Below are positions 47,813 to 56,691 of a stretch of 64,000 nt of DNA, one piece after another (the first letter of the stretch is position 1; every line of letters starts with the position of its first letter). This stretch comes from an uncultured Lentimicrobiaceae bacterium (GTDB lineage: Bacteria; Bacteroidota; Bacteroidia; Bacteroidales; UBA4417). The stretch is taken from the NCBI GenBank assembly GCA_964420555.1, contig CAYQTT010000002.1, positions 69,590 to 133,589 on the forward strand, in the 5' to 3' direction. A model generated the notes under the pieces. It worked only from the letters and a program-made list of their open reading frames with translations. It was not told the origin of the DNA and searched no databases. Position numbers and translations under genes: made by a program.

Positions 47813-48598
47813 TCAAAAATTATTTTTATAAAGCTGTTTGCAAATTTCGTAACATATAATTCCATTGGCAATTGATGCATTCAGAGATTCGGCTTTGTTT
47901 TCGCTACCCGGAAACGAAATCCGGGGTATATGAAGCGGCTCGTTTACATAAGGAATAAGTTGCTTTGAGATGCCATGCGACTCACTTCCGATAAGAATTA
48001 TGCCAGCGCGGGTAAATGTTTTTTGAGTAATATCCGGCCCTTCAAGCAAGGCACCGAAAACGGGTATATCTTTAGCTATATTTTTAAAATAGTCATTGAG
48101 ATCGGTATAAAAAATACTTACCCGGGCAAATGAACCCATCGTAGATTGAACAACTTTCGGGTTGAATGCATCTACCGAATCGTTCGAACAGATTATTGTC
48201 CGTATCCCGAACCAGTCGGCCGTGCGGATCATCGTTCCCATATTCCCTGGATCGCGGATACCATCCAGCACCAGCGTCATTCCTGCGAATTCATTTGCTT
48301 TAGGAATGTCCGTTTCCGGCATTTCAGCAATTGCAAGCACCTGGTTTGGCGTAACCAGATCGCTGACTTTTTTCAGTTCGCCTTCCGTAATTTCCTGCCA
48401 TTCAATATTTTGTTCAGTGAGAGCTATACTGTTTTTGTGAAGCCAATCGCTTAATGCAAATAGTTTTACCGGTTTCAGCGAACTTTTCAGTAACTCGCTC
48501 ACTCCTTTTTCTCCTTCAACAATAAAAACATGGTGAAGCTGACGATATTTCTTGATCTTCAGCGAGTTGATGTATTTAACCTGGTTGTGTGAAAGCAT
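47813..48598 (-). CDS. TrmH/SpoU-family RNA 2'-O-methyltransferase
   Basis: 261 aa with SpoU motifs 'LDGIRDPGNMGTMIRTA', 'IILIGSESHGIS' and 'ESLNASIANGIICYE'. Confidence 0.8.
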   Translation of the reverse strand: MLSHNQVKYINSLKIKKYRQLHHVFIVEGEKGVSELLKSSLKPVKLFALSDWLHKNSIALTEQNIEWQEITEGELKKVSDLVTPNQVLAIAEMPETDIPKANEFAGMTLVLDGIRDPGNMGTMIRTADWFGIRTIICSNDSVDAFNPKVVQSTMGSFARVSIFYTDLNDYFKNIAKDIPVFGALLEGPDITQKTFTRAGIILIGSESHGISKQLIPYVNEPLHIPRISFPGSENKAESLNASIANGIICYEICKQLYKNNF

Positions 48599-48619
48599 AT
48601 ATTTCGTCTTTTGACCGGC

Positions 48620-48648
48620 AAAAAAAAATCCCGGGTTTAACCGGGATT
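48620..48648 (-). terminator. Rho-independent terminator of the rpsF-rpsR-rplI operon
   Basis: The perfect 8-bp stem AATCCCGG/CCGGGATT with a 6-nt loop is followed on the minus strand by a 9-T run, 34 nt after the rplI stop. Confidence 0.7.
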
Positions 48649-48681
48649 AAATTAGCAAAAATAGTATTGCTGCAAGTCGTA

Positions 48682-49131
48682 TTATTCAGCTATTACTTCG
48701 AAATTGATGGCAACCACCAATTCTTTGTGTAAACGGATGCTTGCAGTGTAGCTACCTGTTTCTTTGATCGATTCACCATCAACATGAATCTTCTTACGAT
48801 CGATGTCAATTTTGAACTGATCGCGAAGTGCATCAGCAATTTGAATAGCATTAACTGATCCGTAAATTTTTCCGGTTTCAGCAGCTTTAGCACCGATTTT
48901 AACAGTGATGTTTTCGAGCGATTTAGCTACTAATTCAGCTTCTTTACGGGTTTTCTGTGCTTTGAATGATTTCTGACGGAGGTCCTCGGCATTAATCTTC
49001 TTGTTTGATTCGGTTGCCATTACAGCATGACCCTGTGGGATAAGAAAGTTACGGGCGAAGCCGTTTTTAACAGTTACCACATCGTGTGCGTAACCTAAAT
49101 CGGTTACATCTTTTTTAAGAATAATTTCCAT
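48682..49131 (-). CDS. rplI: 50S ribosomal protein L9
   Basis: It has 'MEIILKKDV..LG......V.V.NGFARNFLIP.G.A' at the N-terminus, and its position after rpsR fits. Confidence 0.92.
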   Translation of the reverse strand: MEIILKKDVTDLGYAHDVVTVKNGFARNFLIPQGHAVMATESNKKINAEDLRQKSFKAQKTRKEAELVAKSLENITVKIGAKAAETGKIYGSVNAIQIADALRDQFKIDIDRKKIHVDGESIKETGSYTASIRLHKELVVAINFEVIAE

Positions 49132-49143
49132 TTCAGCCTCCTG

Positions 49144-49416
49144 TTATTTTAATAAGTCTGCAACATAGGGTAATAACGACAAATGACGTGCGCGTTTAAC
49201 CGCCTGGGCTACTTTGCGCTGATATTTGGTACTGGTACCAGTTAACCGGCGTGGTAAAATTTTACCCTGCTCATTGATAAATTTGAGCAAAAAGTCTGCA
49301 TCCTTATAATCAATGTATTTTATACCGCTTTTTTTGAACCGGCAGTATTTTTTCTTTTTGACATCAACCGTTATGGGAGTCAAATATTTAATATCCGAAT
49401 TTCCTTGTGTGGCCAT
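49144..49416 (-). CDS. rpsR: 30S ribosomal protein S18
   Basis: It has 'KYIDYKD...L..F....GKILPRR.TG......R....A.KRAR.L.LLPY'. Confidence 0.93.
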   Translation of the reverse strand: MATQGNSDIKYLTPITVDVKKKKYCRFKKSGIKYIDYKDADFLLKFINEQGKILPRRLTGTSTKYQRKVAQAVKRARHLSLLPYVADLLK

Positions 49417-49440
49417 TTTTTAATTTTTTTAGGGTTACAA

Positions 49441-49800
49441 TTAAGCCTGTACTTTTTCTTCAGCCTTAGCTGCACGTTTGGCACGGCGTTTTTCGCTGTA
49501 TGCAACAGCGTGTTTGTCGAGAACAACGGTGAGGAAGCGAAGAATGCGCTCATCACGTTTCAGGGCGATTTCGAAATCGTTAATCAGCGTGCCTTCAGCA
49601 TGGAATTCAACCAGGTGATAAAAACCTGTCGATTTCTTCTGAATAGGATATGCCAATTTGCGAAGACCCCAATTGTCCTCGTTAATAATTGTAGCCCCTT
49701 TGTCAACAAGGAACTTCTGGAACTTGCTTACCGTTTCCTTCATCTGTTCATCAGATAAAACGGGAGTCATAATGAAAACGGCTTCGTACTGTCTAATCAT
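49441..49800 (-). CDS. rpsF: 30S ribosomal protein S6
   Basis: Starts with '[13 protein letters not shown]', the canonical S6 start at the ATG at 49800. The ORF-track extension to 49854 would overlap the promoter. Confidence 0.9.
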   Translation of the reverse strand: MIRQYEAVFIMTPVLSDEQMKETVSKFQKFLVDKGATIINEDNWGLRKLAYPIQKKSTGFYHLVEFHAEGTLINDFEIALKRDERILRFLTVVLDKHAVAYSEKRRAKRAAKAEEKVQA

Positions 49801-49851
49801 TTGTTTTACTTTAATTTGTGAATGTATTGTATGATTTTTACAAATGGAGTG

Positions 49852-49881
49852 CAAAGGTACAAATTCTTTTTAAGTTACAAA
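49852..49881 (-). promoter_or_regulatory. Bacteroidota-type promoter of rpsF operon (-33 TTTG, -7 TACCTTTG)
   Basis: On the minus strand the sequence reads TTTG(49881-49878)-18 nt-TACCTTTG(49859-49852), about 50 nt upstream of the rpsF ATG. Confidence 0.5.
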
Positions 49882-49957
49882 CAGATCAATTGATTTATCT
49901 TCATGAAAATCCGTCAATCTTAACAGAATGTTTGATTGAACTGGATTTTAGCCTGAT

Positions 49958-51151
49958 TTACCATATTTTAAAACCGACAATGACCGATAAATTGCTGTAT
50001 TTCGAATTCCAATAGAAATTGTTCAACATATCGCGTTGTGTATAGTACCTTATTTCGGCAATCAGTTTCTTAAAACCAATTCCACATCCAAAAGCTAAAG
50101 CGTATTTTGTTTCTATATCCAAAGGGGATGCAAAAGGATAATCGTATGTAATTGTGGAATTAAAATCCAGACTGAATCCTGGTGTATAAAAAGCGTTTGC
50201 GAATAATTTTAATTCATTGTTAAGGAAGAAATAGTAACGGAGCCCTAACGGAAATTCAATGGAATTATAATTTATTGTTGCTGTTGCCGTGCCTGCTTGT
50301 TGTTTGGAGGATATATGCTCATAAGTTGGTTCGAAAATAATTCCCCACTTGTTTTTGTTAAAAGGTAGTATGTATTCGGTTTCCACACCGATCCTGAAGT
50401 TTAATTTATTTTTAAACTCTGTGTTATAGATTTCGTAAAAATTGTCTGATACTGAAACCGAGAAAATACTCAATCCTGGTGTAAGCTTGAGATGAAAGGA
50501 ATTCTTTTTGTCTTTCTTTTCATAAACAATAGAAGAGCTGTTGTTACACTCGTTATATTTTTTGAAATATTTTTCAAGTGCGGCTTTTTTGAAATCTAAA
50601 TTTTCAACAGAACTCATTTTGGCGTTTTCACACCTCATATCTATCCATAATTGCTCTCGAAACTTGCGGTTAGTTGCAATACGAGAATCGTCGACACTGT
50701 ATTCTTTGTATATCAATTGCTTGATTGCAGTGTCATTAACGGAATAGAAAAAACGGAACAATTCTTCGCCATTATAAAAATATAAAGTTGCTTTACCTTC
50801 AACCAGCACTTTTAAAAATAAGCGTTGCTCCGACCATTCAGGATTACGGACTTTCGAAAGCTTATCCATTTCCCATGGCGAAACATCAATTTTTACATCT
50901 GCCCTTACAAATCTTGATGACCCGATAATTCCAAACTCCTTTATGTTTATGAGGTTGCCTTGTTGAGGCATATCATTTTCATCAAGTTTATACTCAATTT
51001 CTTTTGGATTTAGTATCAAATCGTAATTTTTAATCAGGCATTCAATCCTCTGATTTTCGTTGTTGATAAAATAGCCTTTTTCAAAATTGACTTGTCCGAA
51101 TGAGCTAAATGTTAGTAATGCCAGAAATAGGAAAAGGAGTTGTGATTTCAT
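49958..51151 (-). CDS. Hypothetical outer-membrane protein (N-terminal soluble domain plus C-terminal beta-barrel-like half)
   Basis: 397 aa with a signal peptide 'LLTFSSFGQ'. The C-terminal half has an alternating aromatic pattern ending 'SVIVGFKIW'. The gene looks AT-rich. Confidence 0.45.
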   Translation of the reverse strand: MKSQLLFLFLALLTFSSFGQVNFEKGYFINNENQRIECLIKNYDLILNPKEIEYKLDENDMPQQGNLINIKEFGIIGSSRFVRADVKIDVSPWEMDKLSKVRNPEWSEQRLFLKVLVEGKATLYFYNGEELFRFFYSVNDTAIKQLIYKEYSVDDSRIATNRKFREQLWIDMRCENAKMSSVENLDFKKAALEKYFKKYNECNNSSSIVYEKKDKKNSFHLKLTPGLSIFSVSVSDNFYEIYNTEFKNKLNFRIGVETEYILPFNKNKWGIIFEPTYEHISSKQQAGTATATINYNSIEFPLGLRYYFFLNNELKLFANAFYTPGFSLDFNSTITYDYPFASPLDIETKYALAFGCGIGFKKLIAEIRYYTQRDMLNNFYWNSKYSNLSVIVGFKIW

Positions 51152-51253
51152 TTGTAAACGTTAGATGTTGAGTAAATTGAGAGTTGACTATAAATTGAGA
51201 TATGTGTGTCAAACAGGTATTCAGAATCTATATTCATGACAAATTTTGAAAGT

Positions 51254-53473
51254 TTAAACTGCTAATTCTTTAATTAATACCATGATACGCTTTTCATTTC
51301 CTACCAGCCATACTTTATCATTTTCTTCAAATGAAAGGTCCGATTCGGGATTAATAATACGTTGTCCGTTCCGTTCAACGCCTACCACAAGTCCTTTGGA
51401 TCGTTCGCGGATGCGCGATTCGCGAATTGTCTTTCCTACAATATCCGAATCGGGACTAATCGTAAAGTGATGAAGTGAAACTTTTCGTTTAGTGTCCGGA
51501 ACAGGAGATTCTGCTGGTACTGTTTCGAGGTGTAATTCAAATTTTTTCAGTTGCTCATCGGTCCCGATTACATAAAGTGTATCATAAGGATAAAGATGCT
51601 CATGCCGGTTCGGGACATTAATAACAAAATCGCCACGCTCAATCACTGCAATATTAACACCAAATTCTTCTCTTATCTGCGATTCGAAAAGTGTTTTGCC
51701 AATATATGGCGATTGGGCGTTTAGCTCAATCGTGGTAATGTGTGTATCCCAAGGCGTTAAAATGTCAGTATTATTCTCAGCCAGTGTTTCGCGTTCATTA
51801 AAATTTGCTAAGAAGCGCAATTCAATCTTTCCATAAAATGTCTTGATCTTTTTAGAGAATATGGCTAAAATGATAATGGAGATCACAACGCCTAAAAATG
51901 CTATGAACGGCGAAAAAAGCCTGTCGAATAAAAAGCCTATATAAAAAACGGCCAGCAAAATTCGCGATAGCAGAAGTATAATGAGTGGTCCGCGCTGTGC
52001 GGTTTTGATCCAAACATTGGCATAAGCCTGTCGTTGGGTCCGGCTGAATGCCAGTGCCCATAAAAATGGCGACAAGAGTATGAGTGTAAAAAATGCTAAA
52101 AGTATCCGGTTCCACTCATATTCAGCAAAAAGCGGAGACAGGAACTGTGTGCTGAATAAAATTATGGTAATTATTATCACTGAAAACACCACGACATTTA
52201 ACATGTAAAAACGCAGTAATTTATTCCAGTCGCTTATTTCGCTTATATTCTGAGCTCCGACGCTATATGAATCCAACGTTTTTTTCCATTTGACCGGCAA
52301 AACACGCTCTATCCATTTGTGAACGGGTTCCGAAAGCCTGATCATGTATGGTGTTGTAAATGCTGTGATTACCGAAACAGCAACAGCAATGGGATAAAGA
52401 AAATCGCTGGTTACTTTTAATGTGAGACCTAAAGTTGCGATAATAAATGAAAACTCTCCGATTTGCGAAAGGCTCATCCCCGATTGAACGGCTATTTTAA
52501 GTGGCTGACCTGCAGCCAATGCGCCTAAAATGACAAATACAGGTTTCCCGAAAAGCAAAACCAGGGTTGCAATTAGTATCGGGACGATATGTTGCACCAA
52601 CAAATCGAGATCAATCAACATCCCGACAGAAACAAAGAAAATGGCTCCGAAAAGGTTTTTTACCGATTTTGTGAGGTGTTCAATTTTTTCGGCTTTGGTT
52701 GTTTCGGCAAGGATTGAACCCATTATAAATGCCCCGAGAGCAGGCGAAAATCCTGCGTATGCGGCAAGTACAACCATTAAAAAACATAATGCCAGCGATA
52801 AAATGAGCAGGGTTTCTTCATTCATCAATGAACGCACTTTCTTGAGCAAAGTTGGCAGGAAAAATATACCCGATACGAACCAGAGTACTAAAAAGAAAGC
52901 CAGTTTTAAAACTGACATTATCATCTCTCCTCCCGAAAAAGTTTGGCTTACAGCCACTGTCGAAAGCAAAACCATCAACAAAACGGCGGCAAGGTCTTCA
53001 ATAATCAATACCCCGAACACAATACCGGTAAATTTCTGATTCTTTACGCCCAACTCTTCAAATGCGCGGAAAATAATTGTGGTGGAAGCTATGGCAAGGA
53101 TACCACCCAGGAACAAACTGTTAATGGTATTCCATCCTAACATCTGGCCAACACCATAACCTAAAAACATGGTCAGGCTGATTTCGGTGAGCGCGGTAAT
53201 TAAAGCTACTCCACCAACCTTTATCAGTTTCTTAAAACTGAATTCAAGACCCAGACCAAATAAAAGAAAAATAACACCTATTTCGGCCCATATCTTTATA
53301 CTTTCGCTATCGCCGATGGTAGGGAATAGCATGGTATTGGGCCCGATAATAAAACCGGCAATGATATATCCTAGAACAACCGGCTGTTTTAATTTTTTAA
53401 ACAGAAGGGTAACAACCGCGGCAGTGCCCAATATAAGGGCCAGGTCAATTATAAGTGCCGGCAGATGTATCAT
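51254..53473 (-). CDS. CPA2-family cation:proton antiporter with two C-terminal TrkA-C (RCK_C) domains
   Basis: 739 aa. It has a Na+/H+-exchanger-type membrane domain of ~12 or more TM helices, additional TM helices, then two 'G.TL.ES.IRE..G..I..I.R....I..P' RCK_C-like repeats. Confidence 0.8.
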   Translation of the reverse strand: MIHLPALIIDLALILGTAAVVTLLFKKLKQPVVLGYIIAGFIIGPNTMLFPTIGDSESIKIWAEIGVIFLLFGLGLEFSFKKLIKVGGVALITALTEISLTMFLGYGVGQMLGWNTINSLFLGGILAIASTTIIFRAFEELGVKNQKFTGIVFGVLIIEDLAAVLLMVLLSTVAVSQTFSGGEMIMSVLKLAFFLVLWFVSGIFFLPTLLKKVRSLMNEETLLILSLALCFLMVVLAAYAGFSPALGAFIMGSILAETTKAEKIEHLTKSVKNLFGAIFFVSVGMLIDLDLLVQHIVPILIATLVLLFGKPVFVILGALAAGQPLKIAVQSGMSLSQIGEFSFIIATLGLTLKVTSDFLYPIAVAVSVITAFTTPYMIRLSEPVHKWIERVLPVKWKKTLDSYSVGAQNISEISDWNKLLRFYMLNVVVFSVIIITIILFSTQFLSPLFAEYEWNRILLAFFTLILLSPFLWALAFSRTQRQAYANVWIKTAQRGPLIILLLSRILLAVFYIGFLFDRLFSPFIAFLGVVISIIILAIFSKKIKTFYGKIELRFLANFNERETLAENNTDILTPWDTHITTIELNAQSPYIGKTLFESQIREEFGVNIAVIERGDFVINVPNRHEHLYPYDTLYVIGTDEQLKKFELHLETVPAESPVPDTKRKVSLHHFTISPDSDIVGKTIRESRIRERSKGLVVGVERNGQRIINPESDLSFEENDKVWLVGNEKRIMVLIKELAV

Positions 53474-53856
53474 GGGTTTCCTTCAGGTTTTAGGCATTCG
53501 AAACCTACTAGATTAACAGGTTTCCCAAAGTTATAATAAAAACATCATTAAGCAAATTTTGATAAAAATAATATGTTATCGCAGATAGATATATCGGCAT
53601 TTCAAGTTTTAAAGTTCAATGACAGAAGTTATGTTATACTTAATTTGGAGAAAACTAGCAGCTTTCTCATCTGCTTGTCAGACGAAAATATTCGAATAGT
53701 AGAAATTTTGCGAAATTTTATCCTAGATAGGTAAATTAGTTCTTGTAATTCTCACTTACAAAAATTTTATATAGACATATGTTTAGAGGGTAAGGATTTA
53801 AAAAAATAAGATGCTGTTAGATAGTTGATTAGGGTTGAAATTTATGTAAATAAAAC

Positions 53857-53991
53857 TTAGTTATTAGAAAATAGATTGATAATATTTTTGTAATATTACG
53901 CTGCTTTTCTTCATGGTATATTTGGGGGCTAATTTTTTGCCTGAATAATGTCTAATAAATGATTTGTTTGAACCAATCTTCTAATAACTAA
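53857..53991. repeat. Perfect 13-bp inverted repeat pair bracketing 109 bp that contain a -7 promoter box
   Basis: TTAGTTATTAGAA (53857-53869) is the exact reverse complement of TTCTAATAACTAA (53979-53991). The last base of the right arm is the A of the ATG at 53991. Confidence 0.85.
53917..53924 (+). promoter_or_regulatory. Candidate -7 box (TATATTTG) facing the T9SS repeat-protein gene
   Basis: It matches TAnnTTTG, lies 66 nt upstream of the ATG, and sits inside the IR-bracketed segment. Confidence 0.4.
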
Positions 53992-55328
53992 TGAAAAAAA
54001 TAAAATTTTATATTGGAGCAATTTTAGTTCTGCTTACGAATTTTGCCTTTTGTCAATGGGGAGAATTAGGTGGAAGCAATGCCCTTTCTGCGAATAGTAT
54101 AATTGAATGTCTTTGTTATGATAATTTCGGCAATATTTATGCAGCAGGAGATTTTACAAACTCAAATGGAAATAGATATGTAGCCAAGTGGGACGGTACT
54201 TCCTGGAGTGAGCTGGGCGGCTTAGATGCATTGGCTGCAAATGAGCATATTTTGTCAATTTGTACCGATGCTCTTGGAAATATTTATGCAGCAGGATATT
54301 TTACAAATGCCAATGGTAAGAAATATGTTGCAAAATGGGATGGAATCATCTGGAGTGAATTGGAAGGAACGAATTCCTTAAATGCTAATTCTGCTATTAC
54401 ATCCATCGTTTGTGATACATTAGGTAATATTTATACAGCAGGAAATTTTACTAATGCAAATGGGGAATATTATGTAGCCAAATGGAACGGTATAACATGG
54501 AGTGAGTTAGACGAATCATATACCTTTACTGGCCCTATATATTGCCTGTTTAGCGAAGCATCTGGCAATATTTATGCCGGAGGCCCCTTTTTTAATGCAA
54601 GCTATAACAGCTATGTAGCGTTCTGGAATGGAGCCAGTTGGAACGAACTGGGTGGTGTGAATAGCTTGCCTGATTGTTTTGTTATTCAGGATATTAAGCT
54701 TGCTAGTGATGGTAATATTTATACATCTGGAGCTTTTTTTAATGGAAGCATATTATCTCACATAATGAAGTGGGATGGGTCTTCTTGGAGTGAGTTAAAT
54801 GGAACAAATAGTCTGGCGGCAAATGACGGCATTGGTCCTATTTGGAGCGATGCTATGGGAAATGTTTATGCATCAGGAAACTTTACGAATGCAAGTGGCA
54901 AAAGATATGTAGCCATTTGGGACGGAATTTCTTGGAATGAGTTGGGCGAAACCAATGCATTGGCAGCAAATGAGGAGATTTTGGCTATTTGTGGCGATGT
55001 TACAGGCACAATATATGCTGCAGGAAGATTTACAAATGCTAGCAATAAATATTACGTTGCCACATACATTAATACAGTCGGCTTTGATAAAAAAGATTTT
55101 GAAAAATTAATATATAGCCCCAATCCTGTGACCAACATTCTTGCAATAAGTAATAGCACAAAAATCGCAAAAATTACAATTCTCAATATTTTGGGGCAGC
55201 CTGTTTTAGAAAAAACAATAAATGACTTTAGGACTCAAGTCGATATGTCGGGCTTAGTTAAAGGAACATACATACTAACGGTTAGCACCAAAAAAGATAT
55301 AACGCAAGTCAAAGTGATGAAACAGTAA
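53991..55328 (+). CDS. Secreted seven-repeat (beta-propeller-like) protein with T9SS C-terminal sorting domain
   Basis: After a signal peptide there are seven ~48-aa repeats 'W(S/N)ELGG.N.L.AN..I..I..D..GNIYAAG.FTNA.G..YVAKWDG..'. The C-terminal ~80 aa ('SPNPVTNILAI...GTYILTVSTKKDITQVKVMKQ') is a T9SS CTD pattern. Confidence 0.7.
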   Translation: MKKIKFYIGAILVLLTNFAFCQWGELGGSNALSANSIIECLCYDNFGNIYAAGDFTNSNGNRYVAKWDGTSWSELGGLDALAANEHILSICTDALGNIYAAGYFTNANGKKYVAKWDGIIWSELEGTNSLNANSAITSIVCDTLGNIYTAGNFTNANGEYYVAKWNGITWSELDESYTFTGPIYCLFSEASGNIYAGGPFFNASYNSYVAFWNGASWNELGGVNSLPDCFVIQDIKLASDGNIYTSGAFFNGSILSHIMKWDGSSWSELNGTNSLAANDGIGPIWSDAMGNVYASGNFTNASGKRYVAIWDGISWNELGETNALAANEEILAICGDVTGTIYAAGRFTNASNKYYVATYINTVGFDKKDFEKLIYSPNPVTNILAISNSTKIAKITILNILGQPVLEKTINDFRTQVDMSGLVKGTYILTVSTKKDITQVKVMKQ

Positions 55329-55415
55329 CTTATTTTTACGAAATATGATGAAGATCGAAGAAATCTGTTTTTGTTCTGATAAACAGACTGAGACCCTTTC
55401 AAAAATAATTATAAT

Positions 55416-56561
55416 TTAACTATTCATCAACAGTGTTCTGCATATAAACTCAGCTGCATGTCCATCTCCAAACACGTTCGGAAAATCTATCGTTTCCAGA
55501 TTCAGGAAATGTTTTACTGAGTCTATTATTTTTGATTTGTCAGCATCAGCAATAATGCCTGCGCCGTTTTCAATAATCTCAACCCATTCCGTTTCCGGAC
55601 GGGCAACTACCAGTGGTTTTTTAAAGAAATATGCTTCTTTCTGCACTCCGCCCGAATCGGTGAGGATGAGCCTTGCATTTTTCTCAAGTACGATCATTTC
55701 AAGGTATGAAACCGGTGGTATCAGGTGAATGTTTTTATTGTTGATAAGCTTTTTGTGCAAATCTGCGGGTAATTTGTGTTCGATAATTTTTGAAGTACGC
55801 GGGTGAAGCGGCAGCACAACGCTCAGGTTCATGTTCTCAGCAATGGTGCACATAGCACCGATAATCTCCTGCAGGCGTTCAGGTGAATCTGTATTGTTGT
55901 CGCGGTGAATAGTACAAAGAACAAACTCATTTTCCTTCAGCTTCAGGGTTTCCATGATATTTGTCCTTTGTCCGGCGATTTTTGCAAAATAAACCAGGTT
56001 GTCAAACATAATGTCTCCGCAATGAAAAACACCAGGTTTGTCTGACGAATAAGGCGCTTTATTCCCGGTTGTAAAACCTTCGCGTTCCAGGTTTTTTATC
56101 CCCGTGGCTGTGGGCACAAATAATAGGGTAGAGGCATGATCGCACATAATCCGGTTGATTTCCTCAGGCATGCTTTTATTGAACGAACGCAAACCGGCTT
56201 CGATATGAACCACCGGAATATGAATTTTGCTTGCTGCTACTGTACCGGCAAGAGTTGAATTCGTGTCGCCGTAAAGGACAATATAATCAGGCTTTTCGGC
56301 CAGCAGAATTTCTTCAATTCCTTGAATCATCAGAGCCGTTTGTTTGCCATGAGAGGCTGAGCCGATATTCAGATTAATGTGCGGGCTCGGAATGCCTAAT
56401 TCTTCGAAAAACACCTGCGACATATTGGTGTCGTAATGCTGACCGGTATGAATAATGATCTCTTGTATGGTATCGGAAAAAGAATTGCGGATTGCACGGC
56501 TCAAAGCTGCCGCTTTTATTATTTGTGGCCTTGCGCCAACTACAGTTACAATTTTAATCAT
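55416..56561 (-). CDS. wecB: UDP-N-acetylglucosamine 2-epimerase (non-hydrolysing)
   Basis: It has 'KIVTVVGARPQIIKAA', 'HTGQHYD' and 'DSGGVQKEA'. Confidence 0.88.
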   Translation of the reverse strand: MIKIVTVVGARPQIIKAAALSRAIRNSFSDTIQEIIIHTGQHYDTNMSQVFFEELGIPSPHINLNIGSASHGKQTALMIQGIEEILLAEKPDYIVLYGDTNSTLAGTVAASKIHIPVVHIEAGLRSFNKSMPEEINRIMCDHASTLLFVPTATGIKNLEREGFTTGNKAPYSSDKPGVFHCGDIMFDNLVYFAKIAGQRTNIMETLKLKENEFVLCTIHRDNNTDSPERLQEIIGAMCTIAENMNLSVVLPLHPRTSKIIEHKLPADLHKKLINNKNIHLIPPVSYLEMIVLEKNARLILTDSGGVQKEAYFFKKPLVVARPETEWVEIIENGAGIIADADKSKIIDSVKHFLNLETIDFPNVFGDGHAAEFICRTLLMNS

Positions 56562-56639
56562 TTAACTTTATGCTAATTAGTTTTAAATCTTTATGAAATA
56601 ACACAAACGCTGAAACCTTTCTTACAGCTCTTAACCCTC

Positions 56640-56684
56640 CAATCCCATCAATCTCATCAATCCCGTCAATCCCATCAATCCTCC
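56640..56684. repeat. 5 x 9-bp tandem repeat (CAATCCCAT consensus) between radC stop and wecB start
   Basis: The units are CAATCCCAT CAATCTCAT CAATCCCGT CAATCCCAT CAATCCTCC. The array ends 8 nt from the radC stop codon. Confidence 0.9.
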
Positions 56685-56691
56685 TGCAAAT

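Noticed and set aside
49801-49854. N-terminal extension of rpsF in the ORF track ([18 protein letters not shown]...)
   Set aside because: The canonical S6 N-terminus '[10 protein letters not shown]' starts at the ATG at 49800. The extension would run into the predicted -7 promoter box (49852-49859).
55345-55400. Possible terminator hairpin after the propeller-protein gene (TCTGTTT...AAACAGA)
   Set aside because: The stem is only 7 bp with a 10-nt loop and no following U-tract, which is too weak to report as a terminator.
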